From positions 1 through 52,604 of IMG/VR virus record IMGVR_UViG_3300030098_002800: a stretch of DNA of 52,604 nt; one strand, given 5' to 3'. Below the pieces are notes generated by a model. The model was not told the DNA's origin. It saw only the letters and a program-made list of their open reading frames with translations, and did no database searches. Every line of letters begins with the position of its first letter. Position 1 is the first letter of the stretch. This DNA comes from a virus (Duplodnaviria > Caudoviricetes). The position numbers and the translations under genes are program-made. Shown in pieces: positions 47,081-52,604 of the stretch.

Positions 47081-47623
47081 ATGGCAATAAAAACAATGAC
47101 TGCTGGCACAGGCAGAGGAAATAAATTCTCTGAAGGCTGGCATACAGTAAAGATATCTAAAGCACAATATGGAGATCAAAATGGTCAAAAGATTCTTGAT
47201 CTATGGTTTGAAGATTATCCTGACAATTTCAATACTAGAATATGGGAAAGGGTAAACAAAACAACCAATGAAGAATTTGCCATCGCAAATACATTTAAAT
47301 ATGCTGTTGCTGGTATTAAAGGTGTTCTTACAGACAACACTGGTAAATATCCTATTATGCAGTATGATGATGAGTCTGAAAACTTAGTAGGCAAAACTAT
47401 TAATATCTTTGTTTATAAAGAAAACAAAACAGGGAATAATTATAGTAGAGTTTGGAATAATATAGCTCCAGTACCTCAAGAGACTGAGCATATTACTTTT
47501 ACTCCTGAGCAAGTTGAAGGTATAAAAGCAGGCATAGCATCAAGATGTAAACAGGTAACATCAGCTCCTTCAAATGGATCTAATCAGCCATCTGAAGTAG
47601 TAACTGATGAAATGCCATTCTAA
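47081..47623 (+). CDS. Probable single-stranded DNA-binding protein
   Basis: Follows ERF; EGWHTVKI OB-like start and acidic DEMPF C-terminus. Confidence 0.65.
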   Translation: MAIKTMTAGTGRGNKFSEGWHTVKISKAQYGDQNGQKILDLWFEDYPDNFNTRIWERVNKTTNEEFAIANTFKYAVAGIKGVLTDNTGKYPIMQYDDESENLVGKTINIFVYKENKTGNNYSRVWNNIAPVPQETEHITFTPEQVEGIKAGIASRCKQVTSAPSNGSNQPSEVVTDEMPF

Positions 47624-47639
47624 TTAACTAGAAAAAAAC

Positions 47640-47702
47640 AAGAGGGGGTTGTATCTTTTGCTTACTGGCTATGTGTCAGAGGTTTGATACAATCCCTTTC
47701 TT
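47640..47702 (+). promoter_or_regulatory. Long intergenic stem-loop
   Basis: AAGAGGGGGTTGTATC pairs with GATACAATCCCTTTCTT; inner CTGGC/GTCAG hairpin. Confidence 0.5.
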
Positions 47703-47719
47703 ATTTAAAGGAGATAATA

Positions 47720-48046
47720 ATGTCGTATTATAATACAACAAACTTAGCTGGAACAAAGTTAAAGAAAGAAGAACTAAAAGCATTGACTCAAAATACTCAG
47801 ATATTGCATGTATTTAGAGGAGATGACACATTAGCTAGAACACCATTTGATGTACAAGAGATTCTAAAAGATGAGTATGATCTTGATTATCCTATTACTA
47901 GTATAAGAAGGAGCATTACTAATCTAACAAATGATAACTATCTAGTTAAAACAAGAGCTAAATCTAGAGGTAAATATGGTAAGTTTAATTACACCTGGAT
48001 GACAACTGAAGGTTATGAACAGATTAAACAAAAAATAGGAGACTAA
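47720..48046 (+). CDS. Winged-helix DNA-binding protein
   Basis: TPFDV...PITSIRRSITNLT...LVKT. Start at MSYY after AAGGAG. Confidence 0.7.
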   Translation: MSYYNTTNLAGTKLKKEELKALTQNTQILHVFRGDDTLARTPFDVQEILKDEYDLDYPITSIRRSITNLTNDNYLVKTRAKSRGKYGKFNYTWMTTEGYEQIKQKIGD

Positions 48047-48047
48047 T

Positions 48048-48332
48048 ATGGCAAAAGAAATAGACCATTTCTCAGCAGATGAAGCAAAGGTAGAAAGAAG
48101 ATGGACCAAAGTAGCTCAAAGTGTTCTACTAAACAAGAAGATAGTTAAAGTAGAATACCTTACAAAGAAAGAATGTGAGAACTGGGGATGGGAATATAGA
48201 CCTGTTGCATTTCAACTTGATGATGGCATGTGGGTAATTGCTCAGATGGATGATGAAGGAAATGATGGTGGTGTTTTATATTACACGAATGGTGATGATA
48301 AGTTTTCAGATGTAATACCCGTCTTAAGGTGA
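48048..48332 (+). CDS. Phage hypothetical protein
   Basis: 94 aa with DDEGNDGG motif; AGGAG RBS. Confidence 0.7.
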   Translation: MAKEIDHFSADEAKVERRWTKVAQSVLLNKKIVKVEYLTKKECENWGWEYRPVAFQLDDGMWVIAQMDDEGNDGGVLYYTNGDDKFSDVIPVLR

Positions 48333-48490
48333 GACTAACTGAATACATGCATTGGTTAACTAGAGATGATATAGGTATGGCTGTTAATCCTAAAAAAGAT
48401 GATTACAATCATATAACAATAAGACAAGAGGATAAAAGAGCTAGATACCTATACCAATGTAACTTAAAAGGAAAGGAGCCAGTGATATGA
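48329..48490 (+). CDS. 53-aa hypothetical protein
   Basis: Not in the track; GTGA and ATGA overlaps at both ends. Confidence 0.5.
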   Translation: MRLTEYMHWLTRDDIGMAVNPKKDDYNHITIRQEDKRARYLYQCNLKGKEPVI

Positions 48491-50226
48491 TTAAAGAGTT
48501 CGCATTCGGTTTATCAAATAGACATCATTTCGGTGATGTAAATGATATGGAAAAGTGGGTAGGAATGGCCCAAGATACATTCATGTCATTATGGGACTAT
48601 GATCAACATGTTGTAGATTATGTGCAAAAGAATAAAACTTTATCTTCATATGATGGTGCAATATATATGCCAGATAGATTTATTCTAGATGTTGATGGTA
48701 GTAACAGTGAAAATGCAAGACAAGCATGCATCGGCCTAACTATGTTACTTGATGACATATGTATACCATATGATGTATGGTTTAGCGGTACAGGATTCCA
48801 CGTAGAAATATCAGGAGCAGCATTCAGGTGGAAACCTTGTGATGATTTACATCTAAAAGTTAAAGATACACTGAAGAATGCAGGTATATATGAATATGCA
48901 GATCCGTCAGTTTCAGATAAAACAAGACTAATTAGAGTACCTTACACCTTAAACAGTAAATCTAGTTTATGGAAAGTGCCTATAACAATGACTGAATTAA
49001 ACGGAAGCATAGATGATATACTTAGAATAGCTAAAGAAAATAAGTTTAGACATGCTACTGATCTAAATGCTACTGAACCTGTATTTGATGTTATTAAACG
49101 TCAGAAACCACAAGAAGAAGACAAGTATCAACCAGTTTTATTAGGTCGAAATCCTGATCCTGTGAACTATCCCTGTATTCAAACTATGATGGAAGGAGTT
49201 AGTCAGGGATCAAGACATCAGATAGCACTAAGAATAGCAGCACATCTAAGATGGAGATATCCAGAGCATTATGTAAGACTAGTAATGGAAGACTGGAGAT
49301 CCAGAGTAGATCTTGCTTCACATCCCTTTACTAAAGAAGAGATGGATAAATTAGTTACACATACATATGATGGTCACAATGGTAGTGGTGATCGATATGG
49401 ATGTCAAGACTTCCTTAAAGATAAGTTCTGTGCTAATACATGCAAACTGTACAAAGCTAAGAAAGGTAATAGCTTAATGGATGCTCATTCAATGGAAAAA
49501 GAATTGGCTGAGTTTCTATGTAATGATCATAAACCTATCAATATAGGTGAGTTATATGGACAAGATTTCCCAGTTTATCCAGGAGAAGTAGTTATCCTTC
49601 AAGCTCCTCCAAAGTCTATGAAGACTATGCTTCTCCAAAACTGGATCAACTCGTTCAAGAAAACAACTTATTTCCTTGAGATGGAAATGTCACCCAGACA
49701 GATATGGTCAAGGTTTGTAATGATTGAAAAGAACTGGAGTGAAGAGCAATTGAAAGAACATTATAAGCAATATAATAATGGTATATCTGAAGATTTCAAG
49801 TGGCTGACAGTAGACTATAGTAGTTGCTACCCACAAGAAATTCAAAAGAGAATCATGATGCTACCAAGAAAACCTGAGATATTAGTTGTTGATCATATGG
49901 GTTTATTTAGAACCAAGAAATCTGACAACAATATGAAGGTAGAAGAGGTATCACAATCATTGATGGAGATTGCTGTTCAACATAATATGATAGTCTTCGC
50001 TGTATCTGAAATAACTAAGAATGCTTTCCACGAAGGCATGGACATTACAAGTGCAAGAGGTTCCTTCAGAATTGCATATAATGCTAATAAAGTGTTATCT
50101 TTAACACCTTATAGATCGAAAGAAGAGAACATTATAAAAGGTTTACACCTTACTTGTACTGCAAACAGAGAACGTGAAGGACTTGATGTCAGATTAAACG
50201 TAAATGGGGCTAGGATTACATCTTAG
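48487..50226 (+). CDS. AEP primase(-polymerase) fused to a Cys-containing helical domain and a RecA/DnaB-like helicase
   Basis: AEP motifs LDVD, SGTGFH and RLIRVP. PCI...YGC...C...C cysteines. Walker A APPKSMKT, EME, Walker B VVDH. Confidence 0.85.
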   Translation: MIKEFAFGLSNRHHFGDVNDMEKWVGMAQDTFMSLWDYDQHVVDYVQKNKTLSSYDGAIYMPDRFILDVDGSNSENARQACIGLTMLLDDICIPYDVWFSGTGFHVEISGAAFRWKPCDDLHLKVKDTLKNAGIYEYADPSVSDKTRLIRVPYTLNSKSSLWKVPITMTELNGSIDDILRIAKENKFRHATDLNATEPVFDVIKRQKPQEEDKYQPVLLGRNPDPVNYPCIQTMMEGVSQGSRHQIALRIAAHLRWRYPEHYVRLVMEDWRSRVDLASHPFTKEEMDKLVTHTYDGHNGSGDRYGCQDFLKDKFCANTCKLYKAKKGNSLMDAHSMEKELAEFLCNDHKPINIGELYGQDFPVYPGEVVILQAPPKSMKTMLLQNWINSFKKTTYFLEMEMSPRQIWSRFVMIEKNWSEEQLKEHYKQYNNGISEDFKWLTVDYSSCYPQEIQKRIMMLPRKPEILVVDHMGLFRTKKSDNNMKVEEVSQSLMEIAVQHNMIVFAVSEITKNAFHEGMDITSARGSFRIAYNANKVLSLTPYRSKEENIIKGLHLTCTANREREGLDVRLNVNGARITS

Positions 50227-50247
50227 CCTCAATTACAAAGGAGAATA

Positions 50248-50361
50248 ATGGGCAAAGGAGATAAGAATCGTGACATAATTGGATGGATGTCAAAAGATAT
50301 TACTAAAAAATTAAAAAAGATATTTGGACCTAAAAAGAAAAAGGAGAAGAAAAGTAAATGA
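50248..50361 (+). CDS. 37-aa basic peptide
   Basis: Not in the track. MGKGDKNRD...KKIFGPKKKK; AAGGAG RBS. Confidence 0.65.
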   Translation: MGKGDKNRDIIGWMSKDITKKLKKIFGPKKKKEKKSK

Positions 50362-50693
50362 AGCCAATTGATGAAATAGAAGTAAGGTATCCCAAAACAT
50401 CCAAAGAGTTTAAGAAAATACAGAGAGAACAATATGAACTATTCGCTAAGAAACAACTTGATTATGGACCAGCTAATATAGGGATGGGCAAAACTCAATT
50501 AGAAAAAACCAAGGATATAGATATAGCTACACTTGGCCTGGTAACCAGAATGAATGATAAAGTTTCAAGGCTTATGAACCTCATGCTTAACAAAAAAGAT
50601 CCCAACAATGAATCAATAGAAGACACACTAATTGATCTTGCTAACTATGGTATCATGGGACTTATAGTTAGAAGGAAAAAATGGGGTAAGTAA
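50358..50693 (+). CDS. DUF1599 / nucleotide-modification-associated (MazG-like helical) protein
   Basis: KKQLDYG...RMNDK..RL.NL...ESIEDTLIDLANY. Confidence 0.8.
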   Translation: MKPIDEIEVRYPKTSKEFKKIQREQYELFAKKQLDYGPANIGMGKTQLEKTKDIDIATLGLVTRMNDKVSRLMNLMLNKKDPNNESIEDTLIDLANYGIMGLIVRRKKWGK

Positions 50694-50905
50694 TGAATGA
50701 TAATATGATACCAAATGGGAAAGGTAATTCTATATGTGAGTGCTGTGGTAAAATTCATAAAGGTATGTTTTATGAATGGAAAAGCACTATTACTAAAAAC
50801 AACCTAGGTATTATATGTGAGAAATGTGCATTAAGAGAATCATTTGGAAATAAATATAAACAGAATAGGAGATATAAAAAATGGCTACTAAAAAGAAAGA
50901 AGTAA
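50693..50905 (+). CDS. Zn-finger protein
   Basis: CECC...CEKC. Confidence 0.65.
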   Translation: MNDNMIPNGKGNSICECCGKIHKGMFYEWKSTITKNNLGIICEKCALRESFGNKYKQNRRYKKWLLKRKK

Positions 50906-51069
50906 AAGTTAAAGAAAAGTCTGAAGACTTAAAGGTTATTACTGAATCTACATCTGAGCTGCAAAATAAAGTTTCAACTATCATTGAAAGAATAAATCAA
51001 ATACAGTCAGTAGTTACTAAAGATAGAGAGCTTTTAAAAAGAGTTGCTGATAGAATGGGAATAGAATAA
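50881..51069 (+). CDS. Hypothetical coiled-coil protein
   Basis: 62 aa, AGGAG RBS. Confidence 0.65.
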   Translation: MATKKKEVKVKEKSEDLKVITESTSELQNKVSTIIERINQIQSVVTKDRELLKRVADRMGIE

Positions 51070-51094
51070 ATAATACTTTAAAAAGGAGAATAAA

Positions 51095-51466
51095 ATGAGC
51101 GGAAAGAAACCTACAATGATGCAAGTTAAAAATGTTATAGATAATATGTTAAGGCATGTAGCTATGATAACAGATAGACTTGAAAAGTTAGATGGATTGC
51201 TTGATATGTATATAGACTTTAAGGGAGATAAAGATCTCTTTAAAGGATATGTTACTAAAACAATTACAACTAAAATAAAGGAGCGAGAAAATGCAAACAA
51301 AGAAAAAAGCGGGGAGCTTCGCAAAGGCTCTGAAACAAATAGAAGTACTGGAAATAATAAACAAGCAGCTAATAAAAGACAAGAAAAAAATGTCAAATCA
51401 AATAAAAGCACTAAAAAGTCAACTCCAATCAAGGACTCAGGTGAGTCAGGTAGTATTGGACTCTAA
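51095..51466 (+). CDS. Hypothetical protein
   Basis: AAGGAG RBS; the low-complexity tail overlaps the next gene. Confidence 0.6.
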   Translation: MSGKKPTMMQVKNVIDNMLRHVAMITDRLEKLDGLLDMYIDFKGDKDLFKGYVTKTITTKIKERENANKEKSGELRKGSETNRSTGNNKQAANKRQEKNVKSNKSTKKSTPIKDSGESGSIGL

Positions 51467-51587
51467 AGATAGATTGACTGGATTAAAAGAAGCATTAGAT
51501 AGAATGCCTCAAATCATAAAAGCAACAATGGGAGTAAGTACTAGAGGTGTTCTTAAAAATGGAGGTACAAATGCCAAGTCCAAGTAA
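51291..51587 (+). CDS. Hypothetical coiled-coil protein
   Basis: AAGGAG RBS, 98 aa. Confidence 0.6.
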   Translation: MQTKKKAGSFAKALKQIEVLEIINKQLIKDKKKMSNQIKALKSQLQSRTQVSQVVLDSKDRLTGLKEALDRMPQIIKATMGVSTRGVLKNGGTNAKSK

Positions 51588-51873
51588 AGCTAAAGGTAAT
51601 AGATTCGAAAGAGAAATAGTGAATGTATTAGCAGAAAAAGGAATAAAATCTAAACGTGCTTGGGGATCTAATGGTCAGGCAATAGGATGTCATGAAGAAG
51701 TTGATGTCTTAATGGGTAAGGACTTTAAGATTCAAGCCAAAGTAAGAAAAAAGATCGCATCATTCTTAGAACCTACTGAACATGTAGATGCTGTATTTTG
51801 CAAGCAAGATAGAGGTCCTATACTTGTAATACAAACACTTGATAAATGGTTAGGAGGAAATAATGAAAGCTAG
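51571..51873 (+). CDS. Holliday junction resolvase (Hjc-like PD-(D/E)xK)
   Basis: SKAKGNRFERE...VDV...IQAK. Start at MPSP after GGAGG. Confidence 0.8.
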   Translation: MPSPSKAKGNRFEREIVNVLAEKGIKSKRAWGSNGQAIGCHEEVDVLMGKDFKIQAKVRKKIASFLEPTEHVDAVFCKQDRGPILVIQTLDKWLGGNNES

Positions 51874-51997
51874 ATTGATAATGCCACGACAACAACAACA
51901 CAAAAACCAAAATAACAATCAACCTATAAATAGAAAGCTAGACTATATTATAAATAGATTGAATGAGGTTGAGAGATTACTAAGGCGAAAGCCTTAG
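51863..51997 (+). CDS. 44-aa hypothetical peptide
   Basis: Not in the track; AGGAGG RBS. Confidence 0.5.
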   Translation: MKARLIMPRQQQHKNQNNNQPINRKLDYIINRLNEVERLLRRKP

Positions 51998-51999
51998 TA
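51978..51999. terminator. Hairpin at the convergence of both arms
   Basis: TACTAAGGC-GAAA-GCCTTAGTA, a perfect 9-bp stem between convergent stops. Confidence 0.65.
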
Positions 52000-52001
52000 G
52001 T

Positions 52002-52604
52002 CTACCTATTGAATAAATCTATAGAGTTAATTGCACCTATCCTTTCCTGCATTGATAATGATTTGACTTTAAGTTTCTTAGGCTTCTTACCTATCGTTCC
52101 ACCAGTAATATCATACAATCCTCTCATCATCCAATTTCTAAACTCTCTCTGATCTTTTTTAAGATATAACCCTGCCTCCACCATAAATGCATCTTTTATT
52201 CCTGAACCTGCAAAGAAAGCATTCTGAGTGTAATTTCCAATTCTTGCCAAGGAAGTGTTTAAAAGCATAGCCTTTTTAAAGTTCTCATCTTTAATTTCAT
52301 TCTTATTCATAGAATGAACTAAAGCTGGAGTATGAACATCAGTATAGGTTTGATTGCTTTCAGGTTTAGCAAAATCAAATATCTCATAAGCATCCAATAT
52401 TACGCCAATATTTGGACCTAAAAAGTATGCTCCTTCTTGTTCAAAGGTAACATCCTTTAATTTTTTCATTTCATCTGGATTGTCTCTATCAGTAGTAAGC
52501 CATAAATACATAGCATTAGCTTCGTCATAAACTGCATCCGATGCTAAATTCATCAAGTCTAATCCTCCTGCCATAGTAGCAGCCCATATTGTAGCTCTCA
52601 TCAT
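52002..52604 (-). CDS. C-terminal fragment of a large gene, probably the one starting at 2254
   Basis: Frame is open to the window edge and on the same strand as the truncated 1-2254 ORF. Confidence 0.65.
   Translation of the reverse strand: MMRATIWAATMAGGLDLMNLASDAVYDEANAMYLWLTTDRDNPDEMKKLKDVTFEQEGAYFLGPNIGVILDAYEIFDFAKPESNQTYTDVHTPALVHSMNKNEIKDENFKKAMLLNTSLARIGNYTQNAFFAGSGIKDAFMVEAGLYLKKDQREFRNWMMRGLYDITGGTIGKKPKKLKVKSLSMQERIGAINSIDLFNR

Noticed and set aside
39043-51432. Minus-strand ORFs in the early/replication arm (39043-39381, 40759-41094, 44660-44950, 51034-51432 etc.)
   Set aside because: Antisense to RBS-supported plus-strand genes or to structured RNA regions.
1-52604. Stop-codon reassignment, CRISPR array, integrase, diversity-generating retroelement
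   Set aside because: Genes are long and tightly packed under the standard code. I saw no repeat-spacer array, recombinase or reverse transcriptase motifs.

Overview
The whole window is a low-GC, apparently lytic dsDNA tailed-phage (podovirus-type) genome. It looks nearly complete and circularly permuted: one large minus-strand gene runs off position 1 and appears to resume at 52604. The left arm (1-38.7 kb, minus strand) is the virion operon: TerS, TerL, M15 endolysin, portal, scaffold, major capsid, adaptors, tail fibres, tail nozzle and ejection proteins. It ends in a 3008-aa protein carrying a two-barrel RNA polymerase signature (LNSRQPR...DADFDFD), a probable virion-packaged RNAP of the crAss-like type. 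The right arm (39.1-52.0 kb, plus strand) holds many small early genes, including a T7 Ocr-like DNA mimic, followed by ERF, an SSB-like protein, an AEP primase-helicase, a DUF1599-like protein and a resolvase. No DNA polymerase or integrase is visible. The most unusual non-coding signals are a tRNA-Gln(UUG)-like shell split by a ~148-nt structured insert in its D-loop, several stem-enclosed structured RNA domains in the early region, and a ~210-nt structured leader ahead of the late operon. Two enzymes sit unexpectedly among virion genes: a Pol-beta-type nucleotidyltransferase and a GAMT/Rmt2-like methyltransferase. All functional calls come from reading motifs by eye; no searches were run.
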